The notes under the pieces were generated by a model that was not told the origin of the DNA, did not search any database, and was given only the letters and a program-made list of their open reading frames with translations. Position numbers and translations under genes: made by a program. Source: Felis catus (lineage: Eukaryota). From it: 64,000 nt of DNA. The stretch covers positions 77,440,001-77,504,000 of the forward strand of contig NC_058368.1 in NCBI RefSeq assembly GCF_018350175.1, in the 5' to 3' direction. Below, one piece after another: positions 22,077 through 33,942 of this stretch; positions within the stretch are counted from its first letter, which is position 1, and every line of letters starts with the position of its first letter.

Positions 22077-24650
22077 GTGTGTTTCCCACTGAGGTTGTTA
22101 ACAGATCGCTACTTACTTACCAGCTAAACCAGCACACATTTATGCACAGTTCTGTGGGTCAGAGGTCTCGCGGGGCTGACTGGTTTCTCTACCCCCTGTT
22201 CACAAACCAAAATCAAGACACTGGCAGGGCTGAGTTCCTCTGCAGAGACTCTGGGGCAGAATTCACTTCTATGGCCATTCAGTCTGGTGGTTCCCTTTGC
22301 TTGTAAGGACCGGGGTCCTGATGTGCCTGTATACTGTTGGCAGGGTAATTCTCAGTGTCCAGAGGACGTGTGTCCCCGCTTCTTGGCTCATGGCCCTTTT
22401 CTCCATCTTCAAAGCCAGTGATGACCCACAAAGTTCTGCTCATTCTTCCAATCTCTCTGGCTTCTCCTTTTTCATCATCTCTTCTGCCTTTCGCACTATG
22501 TCTCTGACTGACTGTCTGCCTTCTTCTGTGGTTTTCAGGGCTCAGGTGATCAGAATGGGTCCACCTAGATAATCCGGAATAATCCTCTATCTCCAGGTCC
22601 ATAATCTTATTCCTACCTGCAAAGTCTCTTCTGCCATGCAGTGTGTTCACGGGTTCTGAAGATTAGGTTAGGGGCATTTTTTTGGGGGGGGGGGTGATGG
22701 TGGAGTGGGCCATTATTCAGTCTACCGCCCTGCCCTCTGGTTTCCAAAGATTCACATCCATGCCACATGCAAACCACATCCTAAGGTTCCAAATGCCTCC
22801 CTCCAATACAACATCAACTCAAAGTGCAGAAATCTCGAAATCTTAGTTCAAAATCCCCGAATCCCATGGTCCAACCACCTAAATTAGGTATTGATGTGAC
22901 TCTGGGTGTAATCCATCCTGGGACAAAAGTCCTCTGTATCTGTGAAGCTAGAAAGCAAGTTATCTGCTCCCAACATACACTGGTGAGATAGGCAGAGGCC
23001 AGGAGTTATAGACACTCTGCCTCAGATAGGAAGAAAACAGAAGGAAAAGGGGGTCATCAGTCCAAAGCAGGTTCGAAGTCCAGCTGCACAAACGCCATTT
23101 GGTTTCCAGGACTGGGAACAGTCGTGTGTGGTTCTCAGCTCCCCTCTGGGCTCAGAACTCTGCCCTTTGACTCATCCTTCCTCTTTTATGATGAACACCA
23201 CGTGTTTGCCGCTGAGAAGTTTCATTAGCACGTTTGGGGGGGGGGGGTCTGACACCCTTTCTTCCTTCCATCCTGTCTCTGTCCTTTCCAGTCAAAGCTG
23301 GCAGTGTTCTTGTTGATCTAAATTCTCAACGACGTGTGAGCTCCTGGTCTGTGCCGCAAGGATCCGCCCCATCACACGAGAAGCTCATCCACAGATCTTT
23401 CCCAGGTAATCCCTCCTCTGTTTTTGGCTACTGCCCAGGTGGCCGAGGGGATCCATGAGTCACACCTTTCACTTCTTCGAAGAGCCTTTAACTTCCTCCT
23501 CTGACCATTCAAGCTTTCTGACGTATTAGCCCAGAACCTTCTGTTCTCTTCTGTTTTTTTTTCTAGAGTGTGCTTTCCTGAAAGGAAAGTCTTTTAATCT
23601 CTTGCCCTCTTGGAAGACAGAGATTCCCCACATCATCAAATCCTGGATTTGTGTGGTCGAACAGTTCCCTCACTTCTCGCTCCCCTTTCGCGTTTTATCG
23701 TAAGCAGCAAAAATTGCCAGGCTGCACCTTGAACGCTTTGCTGGGACATCTTTTCGGCTGGAGAGCCCACGCGCATCACATGCAATCTCTGCCTTCCGTG
23801 CTCCTGCAGGGCACGATTCTGCGGAGCGTGCCGAAACCACGTAACACGTTTCGGGTTTCCATTAACACCTTCCTTATTCCTCTATGAGCCCTGGCCGGTG
23901 GTCGTTAACGCCACACTTCGACATCTTGTTCACGGCAATCTGGGAATCTCATTAGCCTGGTCCTTTATCTTCTCCCAACTTCCCCCGCTGCCTTGTTCCA
24001 AAGCCGCTTCCATATTTCCTGGTATTTGTTACACGACCCCGCACGTCCGGTACCGAAACACGCATTTGCTTTTCAGCGCTGCTGTAAAAGCTGTCACAGG
24101 CACAGTGGCTTAAATGGCATTCATTTAATACTTCCCCGTTCTGCAGGTCAGATGCCTCGGCTAGACTGGCTTCCCCACTCAGGGTTTCGTGAGGCTGAAA
24201 TCGAGGTGTTGGCCTTGACTACCCAGGCCGATTCCGGAGGTTAGCAGAATTCACTCTCACGTGGTTGAAGTACTGAGATCCTGTTTTCTTGATGGCTGTT
24301 GACTGGCGACTCTGTTTCTAGAGGCCGCCTGCATCCCTGGCTGGTGGCCCCTGTCCCCGTGGTAAAACTGTGTAGCAACAGAGGGGCCGAGTCCTTCCCG
24401 CCTTCAGTTTCTCTGAATTTCCTGCCTCATCTTTCTGGCCCATGCTTCTCTGTTCTGTGATGACATTGGCCCACCTGGACGATCCAAGACAGGCTTTCTA
24501 TTTTAAACGTGAGCTTGGTGATCTTGGTGATCCTGGTGAGACTGGTGATCTTAATTCCACGTGCAAAGTGCTCTCTGCCATGTCATGTGTCTAATGTCAT
24601 GTGATCACAAGCATATGATGGGGGGAGAAGACCAAGGGGGCCAAAATACA
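22077..24650 (-). mobile_element. Apparently complete MaLR element (MLT1E-like LTR 22077-22728, internal, LTR ~24060-24650)
   Basis: Two same-orientation MLT1-like LTRs sharing GTTCTG...GGTCAGA, CCACCT(A/G)GA and TGCAAAGT...CTGCCATG around ~1.3 kb of MLT-int-like sequence. Confidence 0.75.
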
Positions 24651-24829
24651 CCTTGATGTCAGCATCCCTCTCTTTCCCTGGAGGGCTTGCTATCCTCTGT
24701 GAAAGCTCTTTGGACGGTCCACGTGTCTGTTGTATTCTCAAATCTCAAGAAGACATGTTTATGTGTGGTTTCTTTACAGCTTCTTCTGAAGTCATCTCTT
24801 GAAAATTGGATAGTTTGCTAGGGTTATTT

Positions 24830-25039
24830 TATTTTATTTTTATTTTTTTTTAAGTTTATTTATTTTGAGAGATGGGTGGGGGGAGGGAGAAAGAGAGAAG
24901 GAGAGAGAGAATCCCAAGCAGGTTCCATACTGTCAGCGCAGAGCCCTACAAGGAGCTCAGACTCACGAATCCTGAGATCATGACCTGAGCTGAAACCAAG
25001 AGTTGGACGCTTAACTGGCTGAGCCACCCAAGAACCCCC
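24830..25039 (-). mobile_element. Can-SINE
   Basis: Full body; TSD GGGTTATTTTA. Confidence 0.92.
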
Positions 25040-28000
25040 GGGTTATTTTATAATTGTGCTGGTAAAACAATATAAAATGAAAGGTCAACCTAAGAAATGA
25101 AATTTTTTTTTCCCCAAACCATAATGACCATCTGCAGAAAGAATTAGAATCGGACTTCTGAGTATCTGTATATTTATAAATTTTATAGTTATCTTTTCTA
25201 AGCAAGGGCAAATTTTTCCATTTGAGTAATTTTTCGAGGGGAGTAGTGGCCAGGTGTATCAGACTAGTAAGATGAACAAATGTTAGCATCGGTCTTGAAT
25301 CTAACCATTTATAGCATTATATTCCTTTTCTTCTAGCTGATATCGTTGAGAATGATCACTTCTTCACCCCATCCTGGTACTCTAAATACCTGGCAGGCTG
25401 TTTATTCCCCAAAGAACAATACATATTTATTTGATGAGGGGAAGGAAGCAAGCAATAATGCCCCTTGAGCTGTAAGAGAATGTTTCAGTAAGTTGAGTCG
25501 TTTGGATGACAAAGCAAAAATACCTCGATATAGAAAGGCCACTCAGATCTGAAAGCTAACTGTGCATTAACTCGAAAATAAATCGCTCTAAAAACTGAAA
25601 ATGATGCTAAGTGAAAGGATAAAGTCCACATTAAAATGGCAGAGATGTTCTGCAGAGAATTCACTCATTCATTAAAGCCATAAGCTGAGTCGAGAAATAA
25701 ATTGGGCATTTGAAATGTCTTGAAGCTAAGCAGAGAATTTTCTCCATAACGGGTCCTAAAGTTTTCCAAGACTGTACTAGAAAAACAGACTGTCTGCAGC
25801 CTGAGAGAGTATAATCTAAACCGAAATCTAGCACATGCTGTTAAATATCACATTTCACATTGTTATTTTCCTGAAAAGGGTTATAGTGATTTTTTAATTT
25901 TAAAAATGTAGTCTAAGAAAACAGAAAAGAAGGAGAAAAAAGGAATGGACAAAGAAGATACAGTCTCCCTAGATACATCATTCTAATTTTCCACCCCTCC
26001 CCTAATGAATCCTTTGATGGCGGCCTTGATGAAGACTTTATTGGCTGGTGTGGAGGAAAGCCATATGGGTTTCTGGAGAAGTCAGCGTGCCATAGTTCAG
26101 CTGTTTGGGTTTGCACAAAGCATCAGAAAGAAGAGTGCAGGGTCCCAGGCCATGGGGACTGTTGGGACAGAAAGGCTCACGTTCCTCTTCCTTATTCGGA
26201 TCAGTTACCAAGTACAGCGACTCGGGCGGAGCTTACAAGAGTCACCAGGGAAAGGAATAAAAATCTCAACTCCTCCTCTTTCTTCACCAGGAACCATCGT
26301 GGCCGTGAGACGCTCTCCCTTCTCCGACCAGACTGCTCTCGCAGATGGGAAGTGTGTCGAAGGAACTTCATGAAGTGCGTTTCAGAAATTCAGAGAAATT
26401 TCTGTAAGTGTGTCCTAGGAATCCACATCACAGGAGGGTGTGAAAATGCTGGAACTCTCTGGGACATGTTTCTGGGACTTCGTGCTTAGCACCCAGCTAG
26501 TTTCAGCAGCGAAGAAGCCAGATGAGAAAAAGTGTAGTGTATGGTCCTTGTTAAGCACATTACCTGTGATGTTCTGCTTCTATTTACTTGTGTTATTTTT
26601 CTCCGTGAAATGGCACGGTGGGCTCACCGATTATAAATCAGTATCATTGTTTAGTACGTATCCCTCAGTCTTTTTTTTTTTTTTTTAATTTGGAAATCCT
26701 TGGTAACTATGAGTCTGCAGGGGAAATCTCCCTGAAAACAGGAAACTATATAAATAATTCTGTGGCTGCGGTATCTCAGACCATGAGTTGTAATTGAAGA
26801 GACAGTTTTGCTAATGCTTTGATCCATCGATGTTTTTAGAGTACGAACAACGTTTCCTGCTTTTCTTTCTAAAAAGAAAACCAGGCTTTCTGTGTAATCC
26901 CAGAACACATACACAACTACCTCAACGTCGATGTGCACTCAACAGAGGCAAACACAAGGTAATGGCTTCAAGGCATGGAAATAGCTCATAAAGAGACCCT
27001 GACTTCAAAAATAAGCTTTCTTTTCAATGAGTTGGGGGAAAATTATTTTCCTAATTCGATGTACCAGGTTTTGAAACATTAAATGTGAACAAAACCAGTT
27101 GTGATTTTAGTCAAAATGTTTGTACTCAAAATAAATGCCCAAACTTAAATTGGTAATACTCTGACTCTAAAGAAAAGCAAATGTACGTGAGCTGTTTACA
27201 GACCGGATAAGAAAACTGGTCTCAGTATCTTAGAGTTAATGTTAAATTAAAAAAAAATGTATATATTAGCTGGAATTCTTGGCCACTTTTGTTTTTCAGA
27301 TTTAAATGGAACTGAATTCTAGTAGTCGCAATATTTAAAGTAGGGCATTCAAATGAAAAGAAGTAAAATAATCATTTTATCAAATGAAAATAAAATAAAA
27401 TAATCATTTTCCGAAAGGAATTACAAAAACATTGGAAGCAGGGACACTGGGGGCAGGCAGGTGGGGTTTGGTGGATGGAGTAGCTATCTTGAAGAGGGTA
27501 TCACTCATCGTTAGAATGCACACTTCCATTAAAAACAATGTTATATCTTATATTTACACATATTTTCCACTGAGTGAGATTCTGGCATGTCAGTCGCCAA
27601 AGGGAATGTCTCAAGCAGCAGGGTTTTAATTGCTTATTTCCTTAGTTACAATGCCAGGTATAGCAGCATAATTATGATTCATTTCATCCAATGATGTCTT
27701 GAATTATTTGTTCTGCTTTCTGATTGTCGCCCTCTGGGGTCATTGGTTTAACCTGCCGTTGAAGAAACAAGACTCAAGTTTTAACAAAATACAAAGGAGC
27801 CTGACAATGGTTGCTAATTAGCCGAAGAATGAGTTTACAGTGATAGAGATAAAACACCAGGAAATGATTCTCTCTCTCTCTCTCTCTCTTTTTGGGGTGG
27901 GGAGGGGGATAACAGGATTTAACACTCACTTATAACTCTTATTTGAGAGCTCGAGAGTTATCAGTTTGGTAGAAGATCCATTAAACTGGGAAGATATAAA

Positions 28001-28355
28001 GAATGGTAAGAATGAGTTTTGAAGTGTGGCTCAGAGGTGATACAATGTAAACTAACACATCGAGAAGTTCCGCTCAGTGCGTCCCCTCCACTTGACCCCT
28101 GCGGTGTTTGATTAGTCTGCCACTCTGTTCCATGTGAGGGAAGCGGCAGTCTTAAAAATTCTGTATTTCCCACAAGAAAGAGATTCAGGAAAAAGAGAGC
28201 GCGCCTGGGTCATGACAGAAAGAAAGGAAGGAAAAAAGAAAAGATCACGTATGAAATTAAAATGAGATGTTATGAGGCACTACAAAAGAGAAATAAAAAG
28301 AACCAGTGTAAAAGAAAAAAAAGTCCAAACACTAGTATTTAAAAAACTGAAAAGT

Positions 28356-28571
28356 GGGGCGCCTGGGTGGCGCAGTCGGTTAAGCGTCCGACTTCAGCCA
28401 GGTCACGATCTCGCAGTCCATGAGTTCGAGCCCCGCGTCGGGCTCTGGGCTGATGGCTCGGAGCCTGGAGCCTGTTTCCGATTCTGTGTCTCCCTCTCTC
28501 TCTGCCCCTCCCCCGTTCATGCTCTGTCTCTCTCTGTCCCAAAAATAAATAAAAAAAATAAATAAAAAAAT
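28356..28571 (+). mobile_element. Young Can-SINE (SINEC_Fc)
   Basis: GGGGCGCCTGGGTGGCGCAGTCGGTTAAGCGTCCGACTTCAGCCAGG; perfect TSD AAAAAACTGAAAAGT. Confidence 0.96.
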
Positions 28572-28719
28572 AAAAAACTGAAAAGTAATGACGCATCATG
28601 CTTCGCTTAAAACATACAGAAATATTCATGACAATATTCTATGTCCATAAAGGAGTGAGAAGCCAGAAGTATAACACATCGCTGGGGAGAATCTATGTGT
28701 GGTCATAAATTATCTGAGT

Positions 28720-29070
28720 TTTTGGCAACAAGTATCAAAAGCTGAACTTTTGTGTGCCCTTTTACCCACCAACTCTACCTAGATGAATTTATGGAAAGAA
28801 ACCCAAAGTGAACGGAAGTAAGTGTGCATATATGTCCATAGAAGCGTTTTTTTAATATAGTCCTATAATTAGTAAAATGCTTAAGTAATTTACGTTATAC
28901 TCATATCCTGTATTATTATTCAAATGATATTTTATGCTGCAGAAGCATATTTTAGAATGCAAGGCCCTATTCATTGTATAGAATGTTATTTTCCCCTTGG
29001 TGGTAGATGATGGTTTTTCTTCCTTTTGCTTATGTGAATTCACTGAACGTTTTAAAATGATTAAGCATAC
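28720..29070 (+). mobile_element. Ancient L1 3' fragment
   Basis: GCCCTTTTACCCACCAACTCTACCTAGATGAATTTAT-like motif. Confidence 0.4.
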
Positions 29071-29769
29071 ATTTTCTAGCTTAAATACAGCAATGAATAT
29101 CCCTTGACAGAAAAGAGGCTGTGGGTGTTTAAAGCTCTTTGACCAACAAGGTTAGATTTTTTTTCAAAGAGATGCATCTTTTCTTTAGTGCAGGGACACT
29201 GAGCATTGTGCACAGGATGGGGCTGCTTTGGGCTCTGACTCGGTGCTTGGCAGCACATCTCCCCTGGGAAAGTGGCGCTCGCTTCCTTGTTCTCCTTGAG
29301 GCGTGTGGTGGGCAGCTGCCGTTTAGCGCAAGGAACATCACCCTAAATGATGAATGGCCTGCAGATTTTACTTTGGGGATCGGCCATCCTCCGCTGGACG
29401 GATGCGGTGCACGTGAGGCTGATCCGGCCCCTGCCCCCTGGCCCAGGCCACAGTGATGGCTCAAGTGTGGACACGGGACCGAGGTTAGGACAATCCGACT
29501 CCAAAGCGGGACTGCTGCAAACACACCAGGAACGGGGTGATCTCTTCCTGCCGAAGTTCCTAAACTGAGTGGTTATAGATCTGTAGCTGTTGGTCAAATC
29601 AACTAACGAAGAGAAAAGCAGAGCCTAGAGCTGGGGAGAAAGAGTCAAGTGGGCGATGGGGACAGAACTAGCGGTTGGTCCACATCGATGTCTCATTTCT
29701 CCACGTGTAGATCAATAGACATCTACATGATCTATATGATCAATATAGATCAATATACCTACATTCTCA

Positions 29770-29892
29770 TCATATCTGTGTTCCTCCATCTATCATCTAT
29801 CCATCTATCATCTATGTATATATCTATCCATCCATCATCTATCTATCTATGTATCTATCATCTATCAATCAATCATCTATCTATGTATCTAA
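29770..29892. repeat. Complex (TCTA/TCCA/TCA)n microsatellite
   Basis: Seen directly. Confidence 0.85.
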
Positions 29893-30249
29893 TGAATAAC
29901 ATATAAGACTCTGATACTTATCCCTGGACTTTAAGATTATATAAACCAATGAATCCTCATTTTGCTTACATCCGTTTTTTAGTTAAGTTTCTGCCATTTG
30001 CAAGGGTCACCAACGTGCACACTCTCCTCAGAGACACTGTGGGGATTTAACAAGATGAACCTTAAGTACTTGGCTGAATGTATTACACATCCTCTGCACT
30101 CACAATTAGTGGCCAGTAACAATCCTAACAGTGGTGGTAATGGTAATGGTAGTGAGACAGGACGGTTGCAAGGAAGCAACGGATTCAATCTTCTTCATGG
30201 ATTTTCTCTTTGCTTGGGAAATAACCTGTGGAAACCTGAGGGAAACTGT

Positions 30250-30415
30250 GGGGCACCTGGGTGGCTCAGTGGGTCAAGCGTCCCACTCTTGATCTTGGCT
30301 CAGGTCATGATCTCACCGTTCATGGGTTTGAATCCCGCATCGGGCTCTGCACTGACAGTGTGGAGCCTGCTTGGGATTCTCTCTCTTTCTCTCTCTCACT
30401 CTCTGCCCCTCCTAT

Positions 30416-30452
<37 letters not shown>

Positions 30453-30477
30453 ATAAATACATAAACTTAAAAAAAAA
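30250..30477 (+). mobile_element. Can-SINE
   Basis: Head, (CT)n and A-tail. Confidence 0.92.
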
Positions 30478-30745
30478 CCCCGAGGAAAACTAGTTTCTCT
30501 GTATTCCCTTTTCATGTCTGTGCATTTGTGATAATAACACTCTCCATACTTACTTCTAAGAAAAGTAATGGAGATATAGTGAATTGTTCCCTTCCTGCTC
30601 TGTATTCTGTTAAGACTTTACATGTAATAACACCAGTCTAGTTTTTATTTAATTTGTTAATTCTACAAATGAACATGTGTGTCTTAGGTTATGAACCACA
30701 TCTATTAATCTATCTCCAGCATCTGGCACAAGGCCTGATAATAGA

Positions 30746-31370
30746 TGTATGCAAAATGCTGGCTTCCCCCAGAGATGTCTAAATCCAAATCCCCATTACC
30801 TGTGAATATCTGCTTATGTGGCAAAAAGGAATTAAGGATACAGATGGAATTACGGTTGCTCGTTAGCTGACCTCAAAATAGGAAAATTAATCCAAGTGAG
30901 ACGAATCTAATAACATGAGCTCTTAAAATGGAAAGAAGGAGGCCAAACCATGGGTCAGAGAGATATGATGGGTGAAGAATCTTCTCCACCACTGTTGACT
31001 TGACTTTGAACATGGAGATGGGGAAGAGCAAGCCAAGGAATGTGGGTGGCTTCTGGAAGCTGGGAGCTGTCCGAGCAGACAGGCAGCAAGAAAAGAGGAC
31101 GACAAGGAACAACGACAAGGAAATGTCCAACACGTTGTCCAACAACGACAAGGAAATGAATTCTGCCAACAATCAGAATGATCACGAATGGGTTCTTCTC
31201 TTCAAGCCTTTAGAAGGAACACAGCCTTCTGACATCTTGATGTTACTCTGGTGAGATCTGTGTCCACATTGTGACCTATAAAACTGTGAGGTGATACATT
31301 TATATTGGTTTAAGCCACTAACCACTGCATTCGTGACAATTTGTTACAGCAGCACTAGGAAATTAATGCA
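30746..31370 (+). mobile_element. MaLR solo LTR (MLT1E-like)
   Basis: CCTGTGAATAT...GGCAAAAAGGAATTAAGG...GCCAAGGAATGTGGGTGGCTTCTGGAAGCTGG...TTTGTTACAGCAGCACTAGGAAATTAATGCA. Confidence 0.85.
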
Positions 31371-32868
31371 GTGGGTCCTTAGGAAATTCTTAATGAATGT
31401 GTGACAATGCAAAAGAAAACACCTAGGAGGAAAGGACATAGAGTATAATATGGCGGAGAAAGAGTAGAATTTTACATTCTTTCACCACACTTCCCTTGGA
31501 CATTTTTCTCCGGCATAGCAGGTGTTTTGTAACAGAAGCTGGAAGAGGTCATGACCCTCTGGAGTCATCTTTTTGGTAAGAAAGTCACAATGGAGAGAAG
31601 GCCAGCTACTGCAGGTACAAAGTAAAGTTCTGGTGAAAAGGCCCAGTGAGCGAGAGCAGGTGCTGTGCTAGGCAGGAAGTCAGATGCTCCGGCTTCTCCC
31701 GCCGGCCTCCCCGAGGACTTGGGAAGGTTCCCTAACTTCTCTACTCTTCAGTGTTCTTATCTGCTAGGTTTAATTGTTGAGCTACTGTGTTGGACAGATA
31801 CAAACAACTGTTTCTCCACCCTGCAGACATTTCTAAGTGATCGCCACACCCGTTCCTAGTGATACCTCAATTCCCCCTCAGTCCAGGCAACAGTCCTCGC
31901 AGCCAGCGTGAGACCCGCCATGGCGCTAAATGACCGCCAAGGTCCTTTCAGCCCCGAGACTCCACAAGCTCACACAAGGAGTCCCCTGGCTATATGCTCG
32001 CGTTTGCTTCTGTTTGTGCTAATGGACGGAGCTTGTGATCTTTCCATAAATTTGATGCTTTTCCTTGAGGGTGGTTTCTCCATGCTTTCGAAAGTTCTCT
32101 CTTTGTGGAAAGAATAAAAGCAGTGAACATACATGTAAACCCTTCTTTTTTTGTAAGGATTAAGGTTTGGAATTCAAAAGCCGTCCACAAATTTCATGAA
32201 ACTATTGTATGTTATATTTCATTCCAGAACAAGAGTAGGTTAGAAGTGATTAGAACAATCCCTTTTCCAAAAGGAAGACAATTTATCTGGAGATGAAAAG
32301 TTTATTTAGCTAGAGATTTTCCCTCTCCTACCCACCACCCCCCCATCCTACACTTACCAATAGAATTTATTTTTTTGGAGCAGTTTTAGTTTCACAGCAA
32401 TTCTGAACAGAAAGCGCAGAGAGTGGCTCGATTTTCCAAAATAAAAACTTCCCTCACAACTGTTTCCTGAGATGAAGGGTTTTCAGATTCAGGCTTAAAC
32501 ACCTCCTAACTGTTGGACCATGAAAACTTGGACACAGCAAACACAACAGCGTTGCAAATTGATTGTGGTTCTAAAGTTCTTCGAAAGGAGGTTCGTGAGA
32601 TTTACGAAAATAATTTGATTTTACAATTAAAAATGATCTGTGATGGTGAATACTCTCTCTTCATTATGACTCTCTCTACATAACTATTATCTTCTAAATC
32701 CTCTTGGCTGAGCCAGCTCATTGCCTTTATAATTCCTTTTTATTGCTTCCTCCCTTCTAATCCTCTAGAACTTTTGAAGTACCCCAAATTCGTCTTCATA
32801 TAAGACTTTGACGTTATTCTATTCGTGAACAAACAATATTGAATGTTATCTGTTTTATTCCAAAATTG

Positions 32869-33600
32869 CTAGGCATTGCTCCGAGCTGCCTTAACCCAGC
32901 ACCACAGACGGGGGCTTGGACAACAGGAATGTCTGGTCTCATGGTTCTGGGGGCTGGAAATCCGAGGTCAGAGCCTTGGCCAGTTGCTTTGCAGACCAGC
33001 ATCCTCTCCCTGTGCCTCTTCATAGCATCTTCTCTCTGTGCGTCCAACTTTCCCTATTTTCTGAGCCTGCTCTTGTGGGACCAGCTGATTCCCCTAAAAT
33101 TGATATGTTGAAGCCCTAATTTCTAGTACCTCAAAATGCGGCCATATTTGGGGACAGGCCCTTTAAAGAGGCGATTAATTTAAAAATGAGGTCTTTAAGG
33201 AGGGTCCTCATGTGATCTGACTGATGTCCTTATAGAAAGGGGAAATTTGGACACACGGGGAGGCACCAGGGGCCACATATAAAGGGAAGACAGTGTGCCG
33301 GCATGGCAAAGCCTTTGGAGAAACCAAAGCTGACAGCACCTGATGTTGGACTTCTGGCCTCTAGAACCATGAGAAAATTAAGTTCTGTTGTTTAAACCAC
33401 CCAGTCAGTGGTATTTTGTTATGGCGACCCTGGCAAATTTATACATACAGTAATAACTGGATGAGGGCCCACCCTAATGACCTTATTTTTAATGTGATTG
33501 CCTCCATAAAGACCCTACTTTCCAATAAGGTCACATTCTGAGACACCGGGGGTTGGGACCACAGCCTGTGGATTTGGGGGGCTGGGGACAGAATTGTCAC
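32869..33600. mobile_element. Minus-strand MLT1 LTR split by a plus-strand MLT1A-like LTR (33074-33445)
   Basis: Minus halves at 32869-33072 and 33446-33600; inner LTR begins TG and ends ...GGTATTTTGTTATGGCGACCCTGGCAAATTTATACA. Confidence 0.8.
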
Positions 33601-33923
33601 GCTCAGTTTGGGGTGAGGGGCATTTAAAATGTAAACCCCATAAGGTGAGATGTCACATCGTTGGTTAGACTTTTGTTAAAGTCCCAGTATCCAGACCGTG
33701 CTGAGGAGGAAGAGAGGTGCAGGATGATGGAGCCAGGCAATGAGCTAGCTCAGGCGGAAGGAACTCTCTTCCACACGCATCTGTATAATGCACATGGCAG
33801 GGGTGGAATTTGAGGGAACAAACAGCTTTAGAGTGAACCGCTGACTCTTTTGTCTCCAAAGGACTAACATTTTGTTAAAGCGCATCTAACCGTCAGCCCC
33901 CTTTTGTGTGAGTCCTCAAGAGG

Positions 33924-33942
33924 TCGCCACCAGAGGGAGACA
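33924..33942 (+). promoter_or_regulatory. CTCF motif
   Basis: TCGCCACCAGAGGGAGACA. Confidence 0.55.

Noticed and set aside
26005..26373. ATG-initiated 122-aa ORF antisense in intron 2
   Set aside because: No recognisable homology or exon signals; within chance expectation for 64 kb. A BLAST search would settle it.
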